Below, in pieces: positions 24,249 to 38,295 of a stretch of 64,000 nucleotides of DNA. This DNA is from Geosiphon pyriformis uo1 (Eukaryota > Fungi > Glomeromycota). The notes below the pieces were generated by a model that saw only the letters and a program-made list of their open reading frames with translations, did not search any database and was not told where the DNA came from. The stretch covers positions 124,001-188,000 of the forward strand of contig JAAOMT010000309.1 of assembly GCA_016748015.1 (NCBI GenBank), written 5' to 3'. Both the position numbers and the translations under genes were made by a program. The number at the start of each line of letters is the position of its first letter. Positions within the stretch are counted from its first letter, which is position 1.

Positions 24249-27200
24249 TTTTTTTTTTATTAATTAATTTAACAAGCAAAGTCCAAACACTGCCTAGTGA
24301 CAATACATCAAAATAATAATCTATATTAGGTGTGAATCATGCTTTTTCTATATGTGACTAGTCACTCAAGCCAGTCAGAACTATACTATATACCCATGTA
24401 TACAGAAACCAAATTATCTATACCTGAAAAAAACTGACAGAAATTACGCAATCCAAAACTAACACCAAATACATTATCAATACCAAACAACTTAATCACA
24501 TAGGCTGAAAACATCGACATGCCACTAGACACTGAGACAGAAATCAAATTATTATAAGAAATTAAATCATGTTTTTTCATAAAAACACAATGTTTGAAGC
24601 AGACCAGCCAAATATTATTTCTAAAAGACAAGCACAAACCATAAACAAACTCAACCATCTTATCAGATGCAGTCTTAGAGTTATTAAAGTAGGAAACAGC
24701 CTCTTGATATCAATACACGAGCACAAAACTTTTGCACAATAAAGCAACCAGTTCTAAATCAATCAAACAATTAGATAATATTTGTAATACATGTGAGAAG
24801 ACATGGGATAAACCAGAAATAGCTCTCCAAGCAAAAACAAAATCAATGAACAATTGAAGCCGAGCAGTTGCATCAAATACACAAGAGAAAACATGGTCTG
24901 ACACTTTGATATCATCACAATACAGGCACACTACACTGGGATAACATTTATTGTAGAGGTGTTTGTAAATAGCAACAGACAGTCTATGATGTAAAACTTT
25001 TATAAAATAAGAACAAGAGCCAGCAGAGTGGCAACTTGTAAAGCCAGCAGCCATGTGGGAGTCAGGATGTCAAACAAGAGACAATTTAAACCAATTAATA
25101 TCTATAAACAGACAACTGTCCACAATTTTGGCACCAGAGCCTAATTCCCAGCATGCATGATGGATAGACTAAAAAACATCATGAACAAAGTGTCTAGAGT
25201 TTCCAGAAACAATACTGCTATTAATCAAAACAAAACATTTCTTGAGCTGAAGATGGAAGAGCCAACCTGAATAAAAAGAGATACCAGCAAGCAAGTCAGC
25301 CCAATCATTATCCAAAACACCTGAGTGTTCTTTAATCTTATATCAACCAACATTCAAATTCCTTTTACATATGATGCCAGCAATGTGTCAATGTTCAACC
25401 CAACATTTGTTCCAAAAATCCAGAGCCAACAACAATAATTCAGCTTTACATACATTCAAAGCAGCTTGGCTGTCAAAGAATAGATGGACTGAACTCGAAC
25501 TAGGCACACACTTAAGGGCCAACACAATGGCTTGAAGCTCCACCAATGTAGAAGACACCATGCCAGTTATCTTTACCCCAAGACCTAAGTTAATGTCCTT
25601 GAAGAACGCAGTAGCACCAGCTTTCATATTAACATTCCCCAAGTTACAAAGAGAACCATTTGTGTACACAGAAAAGCCAGAGACACTAATGCCAAACAAT
25701 TAATCACACACTGACTTAAATTTATAAGATTCAAGAATGTTCTTTGCAGTAGCATCATTCAAAGAAAAAGAACAGACATCAAGAGAACCAGAATCATAGA
25801 GATACCAAATGGCAATAACAAATCAGACAGGAACAAGACCATGTAGATTAAGTCTCTGCCACTACTTGAAAGTCTTTCAGTTGAAGGCAGCACCACTCCA
25901 GCACTGAAGCTGCTCAACAAAAGCAATTCCATAATGATGAAAAGAGGGAAAACACCTGAAATACATTGACTCACCAAGAATACCAGATAAAGAAATTCCA
26001 CACCAGAAGCAAAAAGCATTACACATAAGATTGCCCAAAGATAAACCAAAACCAAGAAAGACCTGAACCACATCTGTTAAGAAGTTGTTCAAAAAATTAA
26101 CACTAATGTGAACTGGAGAACACAAGAGATACACAGGACACCAACTCAAAACCTGTAAGTTGTGTGACCTATGCATAAACAATTGGCCCAAAATTCCAAC
26201 AGAGTTAGTGAAGCATACCACAGCAGCAATCTTGTCTTCAGCTTGGATCTGCTCAAAAGTCTTTAAGCCATAAAATGAAGAGTGGTATAAGACATTGTTA
26301 GAAAAGTCTAAGAGCAGACCCAATTTCAATTTTAGGCTCTTCCGAATTAAAACATCCCACTTTTGGTACACACTAACAGAAACAAAGCTAAATTGGGTCT
26401 TATAATCAACAATAGGATAAAGAACTGCCAAAACCAAGTAAAAGAACTGTTTGTCCAAAATTGCTTTCCTCAGAACAAGATTGGCAAAAAACTGAACATC
26501 CGAATGTGCTTTAGCAAGCTAGATTTAGATAATCCATTAGAAGAAAAAAAATATCCAGATATCAGTGAAACACCTCCTTTTTGGTGATGGAAATAGGAGC
26601 ACCACTAACAGATAAAAAAGGAGCCACCACTTTGCAATTAATTGGGATCACTACAGTTTTGTTGTTGTTGATCAAGATATCATTCATTTTGAAAAATTCA
26701 CTAACAACATTGAAAATGTGTTGTGTAGCCATTTAACTAGAACCAACCCATATAATATTATCAACAAATACACCTGCAGCAAAAAAAAAGATCAAACTAT
26801 CTTGGAGATTTATGTGATCAGTCTTGGCAACATAATGCAAATTCAGCCTATAACTACACACTGCTTCTTGTCTTTTTATCTTACACAGCAAAGTGTTGTA
26901 AAAAATATGGCAAAAGAGAGATAAAAACACTTTCCTCTAATCCAAGCCATCATGAACACTATAACCATTAGTCAACCCAAAATTGGTCATTACTCTATTC
27001 ATGTGGTCATTATAAATACTCCCAAAAAATCTTATGAATCTACTGCACATTTTGATTCTGACCAAACTTTTCTTCAAATATTTCCAACCAACCAAGTTGT
27101 ATGCTTTCCTCATGTCTTGCAAAACTAACCAAAGTTCACAATTCTTTTCTAAAACATCTTCTATTACTAAACCAATAGCAAAAATAGGAGACTGTATTAT

Positions 27201-30200
27201 CATACCTTTAAGAATTAAGAAGTTGTCACCACAAAAACGTTATATTTGCTACATACCACAAAGATCTTATCAAAGAAAATCTTAGAAAGAATTTTACAGG
27301 CAGTTTCAATCAATACTATGAGTCAGGTGTTTGTAAAAACTTCTTCCCAGTTATAGGGTTTAGAAATCATAGACACCCAAGTCTCCTTCCAAGGACTTGG
27401 AACAGATTCACAAATCAAACAAAAGTTTAAAAACACCAAAAGTGAATTCAAAACAAACTTGTCACAATGTTTCCATAGCTTATTTGTAATACCAAAAAGG
27501 CTGGCAGCTTTATTATCAAACAAACTTAAAACCACACCAAGAAATTTTTTCACCTCAATTGGGTACATAAATTTGAAAAAACATCATCAAAGACATATTC
27601 CAAGGGTTGAAATTGGCAATGCCATTTATCTGAAACATTATCAACTACCATATGCTTTCTGGTCCAGTCCTCCATAATTCTATCAACATAAAATTTAACC
27701 AAACCAGGCTTTAAAATAAGATTCTTATTTACAATCAGGTGATTTAATATAACTTTGCAAAATGGCTGCTCAAGTACACTTCTAATAGTTTGGCTCTTAT
27801 TAAATTCAAAGTTTTTCATTCTTTTGTTAATTACTAGTCTGATTTGAGAGTCTTTAGCATGTTACAATTCTATTATCTTGAGGGAATGATAAGACTTTCT
27901 AACTTTTGCCAAAGCTGATCTAATAGCATCAAAATAAGATCTCAAAAGAAAAAAAGATTTGATAGCAGAAGCATTAACAGAGTTCAAAGATACCCAAACA
28001 TTTAACAAGAAGACAAACTCATTAGATGACACAGAACATAAAGCCTTCACCAACTTAGAAACCAAAAGTTTCAATTTATGATAGTAAAAAAAACACTTGG
28101 TAAAACCACCATCAAAATTTTTAGACCAGGTTTTCAAGAAAACTTCATTTACTGAGAAACAATTGGCTTTGTAAACAATACTCCACATGCCATCTAGATA
28201 AGACAAATGATGAGAATCAGTAAACTCATCAGAAAANNNNNNNNNNNNNNNNNNNNTAGTAATGCCAGTTTTAATACAAAAACCCTTAGTAGCTTTAGAT
28301 TTTAATATCTTACAAGATTTATAAACTTTTTTAAAACAAGTCAATAATTATTTAATTAAGACTCTACTATAATTATTATTAAAAAAATTTTTAAATTCAA
28401 TTATTTGACCAAAATTTAATTTAATTTACTTATTAACCAAAGTCTGAATTATTTCTAAATCTTTTAATTTATATGCCTTTAAAATTTTTAACATCAGTAA
28501 TTCTAATTTATAAAACTTAGTAGATACAATATATTTGATTACACTATTATTTTGGTATTATGTTTTTGAAAGAGCAGTTTTAATGGCAAAATATATTATC
28601 TAACTAAGCAGTGTTTATATTTTGTTAATGTTAATTTTTTTTTACAATTCTCAAAATTATTGGTGACAACTAAAATAACAGTCAACAACTGATTTCCAAA
28701 TCTCTTTTAGATTTTTTTATTAATATTACAGATCTTATATTTTTATTTATTTTAAACAGTTTGCTTACATATTAAGATAAATTAAGAATTAAAAAGTTTT
28801 TTCAAGCCAATATCTACCAATATAATCATATAATTAGTATTAAAAAACACATTTGAATAATAAATTCTAAAAACTGTTACTAATTAAAATAAAGTCTATA
28901 TATTTAATAATTTTTTTAGAATTAAACTATATAAGTAATTTGTATAATAAAAAATTACTAAAAGAGTTATACAAACTCATATCCAAAAATTTTTTGAAAC
29001 TTATATTATAACCAGAATTATTTTTATTGAAATTTTTACTGAGAACTCTAAAAGCACTATTATTTAAAACTTCAGCTATTATTAATTGACTTTATGGAAC
29101 TAAGCTAATCTTTTTTCTAGAATAGCTTTAACATATAAACCTAAAATAAAAACCAATCAGCTATCTTTGAAACTTTGTATATATATTTAGCAATATTAAT
29201 ATTGATTATTATGGCCATATTAAAATCCAAATAATTAAAATTATCACTTAAAATAAAGATTTTAATTCCATTAAATTTGTTTATTATTCAAAAATTAATC
29301 TAAATTCTTAGTTTTATTTTTATATCAATAAACAATATTTTTTTATTTGGTAAGATTGTTCATTTTCTTCATATTGCTTATAACAAAATTTTAAATATAA
29401 TTAATTATTAAGATAAAAATAACATTAAAAAACCTAAGCCAGTATACAACTAATTCAATCTTACTAAAACCAAATCAACTAAAANNNNNNNNNNNNNNNN
29501 NNNNAAACAGGATCCAAAATTTCACCAAGACCAATTGTAATTTGAACAGAACTATGATCAGTGCTAAAAAACTCATCCACATCCACAACATGCTCATTTA
29601 TTAAAGCATTACTCAAACTTTGTAAAACAAAAATGTAATTAATAGTTCTTTCAACACTCCTAAAATTCCTTCAAGTAGAAGTCTTAATGTAAAAACTATT
29701 AACCAATGCATTGACTAGACTTAGATTTATATACTTACTAAAGCTAGAGCTACGTTTGTTCCTATCCTTATTGAAATTACTACCTAAAATAACAAAATAC
29801 TCTTATTACAGACTTTGGCTATAAAAGAATTGATGAGACCAGTCTGAATTATACACTTATTCAAAGAAGCCTCCATATATAAATCCAACACAGAAACAAA
29901 TTGTTTGTTTTTGAATAGCAAACAGACTATTAAAAGTCTACCAAGAATCTCAGAAATTTTTGAAACATGTTTGGCTAAATTTTCATTCATGATTAAAGCA
30001 ATGCCTACACCTAAAAACCCAGCATCCAGACCTAAAGTAAATATCTTCACACCAGGAAACTTATTTGCAATCCAAAACTTGACACTGAAGTGAAGCTTAA
30101 TCTTAATAACTATTGAAATGTCATTATTCGAAACTGTGTGCTATCTAATAATATCATTCTGCTTGACAAGAACATTCATATCTTTAATATTACAAGTAGC

Positions 30201-32215
30201 AATTTTCCAAGCTAAACTACTTATTAGTAAAGGGAAAGAGTTATCATACCACTGCCAAAACCAAAAAAATCTAATTTATTTAATATTACCTTAACTAAAT
30301 TCTCTAGAACTGCCAGATTAGCCTCCAGGCCACCTATTTTCACAGTTAAAACACAAAAACCACTTGAAGAAATGTTCTGGAAGACAACAGTAACCACACT
30401 AGACACAGGAAGAACGAACAATAAAGTGTCAACAATCATGTTTAGCACTGGATTATGTTTAGGGGTGGGTGGAACAGTAAAACTTGCTGATAAAACAGCC
30501 AGCAATCTGTCCAGTTTATGTGAAATGTTGGCCACCTGGTCAGATACATTCTCAAGTGAATACTTAAAGACACTAATATTTAAAGCCAGAATCATAACTG
30601 CAAGCATCAAACTATCAACTGAATCTATGCTCAAATTGTTCTTAATGAATGGTATAGAATACAAATTTTTAGGGGAGCCACTTACCACAGAAGCCCAAGT
30701 CGTACTACCAAAGGAAACTGGACAAGACATGGGAGCTTGTTTTTTGGCATAAATAAGCACAAGGCATCTCTTATCCAAATCAAAACAAAGTTTTTTTTTT
30801 GAAACCCTGCCCAAAGTTTTTTTTACCACTGCCACATTTAGAAGAAACATGATCAAAATTACCATATGTAACACACTTAAAAGAAGACAGACTAGTCCAG
30901 ACAAGGTTGACACCCTTAAATATTGGTATAAAGTAGATGGCAGTCTTTTTGGCAACTTTAGTATCAAAACATATGACAACACAATGGGCTTATGCATAAA
31001 ATACCGAGTTTTTAGAAATATAGCAAGTCTTTTCACCATATGACTGGACCAGATCTGAGAAATCATGGGCAGTTGTGCCCATCAGCAGAATATATAGGAG
31101 AGCATGATAGCTGTCTCTTAAATCTCATGTTTATTTGTTGGCATTGGTTTTGGCAACATGTACCGAGTCTTTACCCAGCAAGATTAACCATTTGGATACA
31201 AACAAGTTAGCAACCTAAAAACTCTCAAACTCTACCAGCACTTTCTGCCAGAGACCAATCAGCTGCATTTTGATTGAAAAAATTTTTCCATACTTGACCA
31301 AAGCTGACTCAATTACTGATTTGGGCAGATTAACCGAAATCTCTTTGATAATGATTTTCCGATCTGATTATATGTTAATCTTCTTTAGATCAGTGTTGAC
31401 AACAAAATTCTCAGACACAGCCAACTGTTTAGCCAAAGCAAAACTGGATTTAGACGTAAAAAATGCCCTAATGATGCCTGGAAATTTTAATAAAGTTGAT
31501 ACATCTCTGAAACTGTTAATTTTGTAGAATAACTTCCTAACACTCTTGAGTTTGTTATGTAAAGTACTTCTGGGAACAGCCAACAGACCAATGTTGAGTG
31601 CAAAAAATTTGGTCAGTTCAAAGCAAAGTCTCTTCTTGACAGAAGCAACTGAACAAAGAGGGGATTCCAAAAGAATAGAGGAAAGTAAGTTCATGTTAAC
31701 GTCGTCAACAATAGAGCCAAAATTACAGAAACTTAAAGATGAGGCCTTTACTACACCAGAGTTGAAGCATTTAGTCTTTGGGGTGTTGGTACAAGAGTTC
31801 AGTGGCCCATCACTCTTACTGTTAGCACTGTAGCCCAAGTCTTTGCCTATTTTGTGCCCTAATTTTTCATCTAAAGAAGTATTCATGTTCTTATACTGAC
31901 CAGGATTGCTTGCAGATACTTTGAAAGACAAATCAGCTTCATCACCTGAGTGTTTAACTTTTCCAAGTAAAACCTTTGATTTCTGCCTCAGACTATCATT
32001 CACAGAGCTTGTAGTGGCATCTCTGGCCAATTTTTTTGTGAACATAGCATTGACAACATCAGATACTAAAAGAACAACAAAAAGATTAGTAAGTTGAGAA
32101 ATTGTAAAAACCAAGCAAAAATAAAAGATAAGAACAGATATAAAAAACAAAAACTTCTTCAAAAAATGCATTATTTCAGGAATTTAAAATGTAAGAAAAA
32201 AAAAGGTTTTTTTTT
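24249..32215 (-). mobile_element. Full-length decayed LINE, copy A (assembly broken at 28237-29504)
   Basis: Minus-strand poly(A) at ~24249-24258, 3' UTR, ORF2 pieces (CLYC..DHVFSC, VYTNGS, FVDN, KAYN, APE), ORF1 30224-32171; paralog of 46379-53192. Confidence 0.92.
28257..29484 (-). mobile_element. Misplaced contig: third version of the old LINE APE region
   Basis: Gap-bounded; matches 44118-45415 and 22078-23285, with private deletions at ~29150 and ~29315. Confidence 0.8.
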
Positions 32216-33075
32216 AATATTTAATCAAATTTGGCAAATTCTACTATAGTTTTTTACTACAACTTATATAATTATAATTTGATAAATTTAATTTGACCAA
32301 ATTTGACTACTGTAGTAATAATTATTTTTTTTAGCATATCTATAAATTTTTTTTGATTATTGCAGCTTAATTTAAATGTATTTTTTGTTTTTTAAGATTA
32401 TTATTTATAATAAATATCTTTTTTTTAGCCAATAACACAGCTTTTTTTATGTTTTTTTCTGTATAAATATTAATCTAATAATTTTTTTAAATTTTGAGAA
32501 AGTAGTAGTCTTCTAAAACCATTGATTATTGAAAAAATTTTCTTGATTACCTGAGTTTTTACTGTTACTAACTTGTTTTTTACAGCTAAAAGATTAATAT
32601 TTAAAGCAAAAAATTTCTTAATAACTATTTCAACTTGAATTTTTATTATCTTAAAGTTAATTTATTTTTGTCTAATGAAATATTAGAAGAAGATAAAAAA
32701 GAACCAATTTTTTTTTCTATATTAAAAACAAAAAAACTAAGAAAAAAGCCATAATTCAAACCAGAAATTATTTTTTTGGTCTTAAAAATAGTAATAGTTA
32801 AATCCAAAAAATGCTTTTATTAATACCAGTTATGAAATTATTGTTTTTATTATTATTAAACTTATTATTTATCTAAATAAACACTACTATCAGAACTAGA
32901 TCTAATTAAGGAAATATTTTTTTTATTACTAAAGTATTTAATATATTAAAAATAATTTTCTTTTTTTGAAAAAAATAGCTTTTAATAAGATCATAAAAGC
33001 CTTTTTGGGCATTTTTTTTAGACATACTACTATTTAAAACAGTTTCCAAGTTCATAATAAAATGGTTATTAGCTT
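32216..33075 (-). mobile_element. 5' part (ORF1 N-terminus) of the old LINE that was split by LINE copy A
   Basis: Minus-strand FALNINLLAV and L**KTIVEFAKFD continue into the motif at 24180-24230; paralogs at 53193-53693 and 56133-56480. Confidence 0.72.
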
Positions 33076-33119
33076 AAAAAATATTAAAAAATATTAAAAA
33101 AAAAACAAAAAAAAACGAA

Positions 33120-34400
33120 AAACTTTTTTTTCAAAATTATGCTCTTTGGAAAATTTAAAACATAAGGAAAAAAAAGTTTGAACTTAATATAAATTAAATT
33201 ATATTTGTTAATACCAATATTAAAAATAATAAAAAACTATTAATTTTAATTTTATAGAAAATTAACAAAAAAAATTAGTATTAAAAAAGATTTTGGCTTT
33301 TTACTAATAATAATATGTTTTTAGCAAAATTATGTTAAGTATTAATTATAAAAAATTATATGATTTTTTTTAATTATTTTTTGGCTGTTTATAGCAAATT
33401 TAATATTTTTTAAGTAAAAAAATTTTTGGTTTTAAAAAATATTTTAACTTAATTTTTGATTTTTACAATTGGTTTAATAATAATAAAACATTAAAAAATT
33501 TAAAAACTTTAATTGGTTTATAAGATATGTTAAATTTTTTGAAAATTTTACAATAATTATGTAAATAAAATAATAACAAATTTTAATTTAATTAATAATT
33601 ATATAATAAATAATAGTTTAGATTAAGATAAAATTTTTTTTTTAGTTTTTAAAAAAAATTTTATGATTTTTCTTTGTTTAAAGTAAAAAAACATAAATAC
33701 TTATGTAATTATAAAATAAACTTTAAGTTTATTATTAAAACTGATAAAATTTAGTTTGATTTTATACTTAATAATTAAATATTTATAAAAATTAAAAATA
33801 ATAAAATTATTATTTAATATATTTTAAATATTACAAGTAAATTTTTATTATTAATAATATCTTAATAAATATTAACAAAATAATAACTATTAACTAAAAG
33901 ATTAAAAAAGTTTTTCTGCTAATTAATAATTTGTTAATTTTTATTGCAAAAATAAATTTTTTATAAATATTTATTTATTTATTAATAAATAATTTGTTTA
34001 AATTTAGTATAATTAAAATATAAATTTTTTGTTAATATAATAAGATATATTAATTAAAAAAAATTTATAATTTAAAGTAAATTTATCAATAAATTTTTGT
34101 TAAGTTATTTTTTATTTGTTACTTTATAATTTTAAATTTTTCAACCAAATTTAAGCAAAAAAAAGTAATATTAATAGTAATTTTTAGCAAATTATTCAAG
34201 TATTGTTTCTTAAATTTGCAAATTTTGGCTTAAATATTCAAAAATCTGTTTGGTTTTTTATAAATCTACATATTAATTTTGTGAATAATTTTCTAATTAA
34301 TATGATTAAAATTTTTTTAAAATGTAATATGTCTTTTAAAAACAGTTTATATAATATATATTTAGTTTATTAATAACATTTTTATATTTAAAATTTTAGA
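33120..34400 (+). mobile_element. Extremely decayed plus-strand LINE ORF2 remnant
   Basis: Residual FSKLFKYCFLNLQILA and NLHINFVNNFL (ORF2 post-RT motif); paralogs at 55672-56112, 56520-56714, 57019-57175 and 63928-64000. Confidence 0.65.
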
Positions 34401-34642
34401 NNNNNNNNNNNNNNNNNNNNATTGTTTAAATTATTTAATTATTAATAATATTTTAAGTTTAAATCCAATTATTGTTAAGTTTTAAGTAGATATAATTATA
34501 GAAAAAAAAATTTTTTATTTGTATTTACAAGTGAAATTCAATTATTATTTAATATAATACAATTATCTAAAATTCTAAATTAAATATAATTTATATACTT
34601 GCTATATGTGACCAATTATTCAGCCAATTAAAACTATACTAT

Positions 34643-35301
34643 TGTTATGAATTGAAGTAACAAGCTAATAGATAGCAAGAAAAAACAGAATTGTAGGGTA
34701 ATGAAAATAATCAAAGAAAATTCAACTTCAAAGAGTGAATTGAATGAGTATGAATTCAATATGCAAGATCAGTTTTATAAAATATTTCAGTTACTATTTT
34801 TTTCAAAAAGTAACTGGGGAATCTGAAGATAGAGAGATAGTTTGTACTATTAACAAATAATCACACTTGGTATAATTTTATGTCTCACATCAACACTCCT
34901 TAAATTCAATATCTAGTATTAGATGTGTTTTTTAGTCATATTTTATTCAATAATCTTCAAATACTATACTTATACATTTTAGGAAAAGGTAAAAAAATAC
35001 CAACAAGTGATTTTTTATTCCAAAATGTTTAGATACTTAAAGATAGAAAAAGAGAAATTAGCGATAAGAGAATAATTAAAATGAAAGTTATTTTATATAT
35101 TCTTAATTATTTTAAACATGCTTTTCTACAGCTAAAAGATTCATCATTTATATAGCTATCAAAAGTAATCAATGATTAGGTCAATAACTAGGTCAATGAT
35201 CAAGTCAATAATCACTATCTAAAAATAAAGTGGTTAATTATATGACATCAGTGGCTAATACATATAATAATTAATAAGAAGTATAGATTTCAATCATAAT
35301 A
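34643..35301 (-). repeat. Gypsy LTR (~659 bp)
   Basis: Termini TATTATGA (from TGTTATGA)...TCATAACA; homologous to 56715-56998; 12-bp tandem units at 35169-35216 followed by GCTATATAAA. Confidence 0.85.
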
Positions 35302-35926
35302 TCATTCTCTCCAAAGAGATTGAGCTCTAGTGAAATCAGACTATTTATAAGGTAATCTATTTGAAGAGTTTTGTTTAATTTAAAGCTAACCAGTTTATTG
35401 AAGTCTTTGGTGGATAAGATGTATAATATTTAAGACAAAATAAGTTTTGTATCCAAAAGACCAAATCTTTGTATTAGAGTTTTGGCTCTTTTAGCAATAG
35501 TTAAAACTCTTGAAACATCTAATTATATAATGTCCAAAATTTCTGTCTGTATTTTTGAAGTTGTTTTTTTATTAGTTTTATGTTCTCTATGATTTTACCA
35601 AGATAACCATAGAGTTCTAATTGCCTTTTATATGACAAGTTTTTGTTTATAGATAAAATTTCTTGGAATGTTTTTCCAATTGTACTAGAAGGTGGAAGTA
35701 TAGCTGCTATTATACTTTTCAACAAATATTTATCCATTTTGCTACCAATTTTTTCTCTTTTGGTAATAGTTTTCTTGAATCTAATAACAGTATGTGTTCT
35801 ACTGTTATCAGTTATGATAGTTTGTTTTCCAATAGTCAGAATAGCATTTAGATAGTTTTTGATTCAATACTCATGGAGAGTATAAAAGACATTTTGAATG
35901 TTTTGATCCAAAAAATATTTGTTCAT
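35302..35926 (-). pseudogene. Extra ~200-aa ORF of unknown function between integrase and PPT
   Basis: ATG at 35926 is in frame with ORF 35519-35737 (one internal stop); after an apparent frameshift it reads on (LTIAKRAKTLIQRFG..LSTKDFNKLV) up to the PPT; same start in the copy at 14614. Confidence 0.6.
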
Positions 35927-36555
35927 GTCAATTGAAAATGCCTCTGTTTTGGGAATAGTGCATTTATTTATACTTGGTTTTTGCTAATTATTTGGATTAG
36001 TATTACCACAACAGGCAACCAATCAAGTCATTTATGATATTTATTGAGTCATGTACTATAAACAAGATGATCATTGAAAATTGTTCTAGATTGATCTTGA
36101 AGAATATAAAAACTATTATTCAAAACTTTGTTAACTATAAAAGATTCTTTCATTGATTAGAGAATTTATTACCATAGACATTGTCTCTGTCTGAACGATA
36201 TTCTAATACCAAGTTACCAACACTTAAAAAAAATGTTTTATAGGTTTTCTTTTTCTTAAGCTTTTTTTGGAACTGTTTTATCTTTTCAAAAGTAATTATT
36301 CTTGCTTCTACCAAAAAGTCAAAAATGGTATTAAATCTTTTTTGCAAAATGTCTTTGTAATTTCCTATTGTGATCTTTTCAAAGGGTATTGTTTCAATAT
36401 CAGTTTCTATTAATAGTGTTGTCATGCATCCATAAAGCAGATAAAAAGATTTATAACTTGTTATGTTATAATTCACAGTTCTATAAGCAAACAAAGCTAA
36501 AGACAGTACTTTGTCTTATAAGTTTGTTTCTTTAGNNNNNNNNNNNNNNNNNNNN

Positions 36556-37551
36556 CAATACTTACAAATTCAGCAACCTATATCTAAAAAGCCAACCAAA
36601 AATACCACTAGTATTAACAAAATTCAAAACTAATGTTATCTTTTTTTCTATTTAAACTTGATTAAAAAGCTTTAAATTGTACAAAAATAAATAGTACACA
36701 ATCTTATTAGAAAAGTTATTTAGCAAATTAGTCTTGAATTTTAGCTTTTACAATTAAAACAAAAGACTTACTTATATTTAAAAAAATACTATTAGATCTT
36801 AAATTTATTAAAATGGCTATTGTTTTGTTTATATTTATTAAAATATTTATAATATCAAAGAACTTGTTAATAAAGCCCAAAATTTTTTGCATTACTGTAT
36901 AATAGTTGTCAATTTAAATTGTATTATCTACAAAAATGTTAGTAATCAAATAAGAGATTAAATCTGTATTAAATTTAATTGTGTCAGTTTTAGTAACAAA
37001 TTTAAAATTTATATAGTACTTAAAAAATAAATTGTGCTTTTTACTTTACATAAAGAAAAGTCATAAAAAATTTTCAAAATGTCTTCAATAACAAATCTAA
37101 TAACAAAGATAGAAAACCAAATTAAAGTGTTTTTTAAAACCAAAAAATTATTTTTATATAGAATATTGTACTTATTACAGATCTTAAATATTTAATTAAA
37201 CAGAATTTTTTTTGTAGTTTCAATAAGAACAATTGGTCTGGTATTTGTTAAAACATTTTTCTATTCATAAGACTTTAGAATCATCAATACTTAGGTTTCT
37301 TTTTAGGCATTAAAAACCAATTTTGTTACTAAACACAAATTAAATAAACACAAAAAATGATCCAAAACATGTCTATTATAATGCTTTTACATTTCATTAA
37401 AAATACCAAACAGTTTATTAGCTTTACTATTAGAAAGATTCTTAACCATCAAAAAAAATTTATTAAAACCAATATGCTTTATAATATCTAAAAATGTTTT
37501 ATTTTTGACATAATCAAAAGACATAAATTGTTTTTACCAATAAAAAAAAAA
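36556..37551 (-). mobile_element. Another version of the old LINE RT region
   Basis: Matches 17631-18780 and 42783-43930, with a 151-bp deletion at ~37071. Confidence 0.8.
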
Positions 37552-37571
37552 NNNNNNNNNNNNNNNNNNNN

Positions 37572-38295
37572 TTTGAAAGTTCTTTCACTAAAAGAGATAT
37601 AGATGACAGTATATTAAGTTCTTAATGAATACTTATTGATTTATTATTAATTGTATCTAGTTTCAAGGCATTTTGATTAAATGCTCTTAATTATTTGCAC
37701 AACCTTGAAACATTAGAGAAATCTTATCTAAATCGATTTGTGTATCCAATGATCAATACAGCACTTTGGATATTTGGGAGAAGAAACTATATTTAGTAGT
37801 TTTACTGATTTGATTTTTAATATTGTAAAAAGTATTTCTGGTCATAATAATCAATGTGTTTATATGATTTCCATAGTGGTGAAATTCATTTACAAACAGA
37901 AAAATCATGTATTTGTGCAGATAAAATAGGCTATATAAATAATGTTTACAAATTATCTTCTGATTTGTGGTGAAAGAGCAAGACCTAAGACTTCTAGAAA
38001 AAAGCAAAATAAAGATAATATAAAGAATGTTATCAGCATGATCTGTCTTTACAATAATATCATTATTGGAAAAGCAAATGCTTGACATTAATTGTTTGCT
38101 GATTTGCAAATTTATGGATTAATAACAACATTAAAGTATTATTAACAATACTTGACTTTTATGATATGAATTGTGATATAATGCTTTAAACTAAGTGTGG
38201 GCATAATTTTTTAACATATTTGAATATTTTTTTTAGATGTATATAGATTATTCAAAGTTGATCACTATTTCCTACCAAAAGACTGGTCAAATATG
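37572..38295 (+). pseudogene. Decayed intron-containing gene of unknown function, possibly with a PD-(D/E)XK-like C-terminal domain
   Basis: Exon-like pieces LEKSYLNRFVYPMINTALWIFG / GEIHL..CADKIGY..LLICGERARP..SMICLYNNII..QIYG..ILDFY / YRLFKVD..PKDWSNM. GT..AG intron at ~37797-37877; probable second intron ~38164-38236 with a mutated donor. Confidence 0.55.

Larger units (their letters stand above)
34643..36535 (-). mobile_element. 3' part of Ty3/Gypsy: integrase C-terminus, extra ORF, PPT and 3' LTR
   Basis: ORF 36150-36494 is paralogous to 14045-14491; purine tract GGAGAGAATGA (minus strand, 35302-35312) abuts the LTR; inserted into a decayed LINE 3' tail at 34642. Confidence 0.88.

Noticed and set aside
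27862-28344. ORFs that run through N gaps (also 11894, 14605, 15846, 20794, 21600, 54650, 54810)
   Set aside because: They join unrelated contigs across 20-N spacers.
35169-35216. CRISPR-like array
   Set aside because: Head-to-tail 12-bp units with no spacers, inside an LTR of a eukaryotic element.
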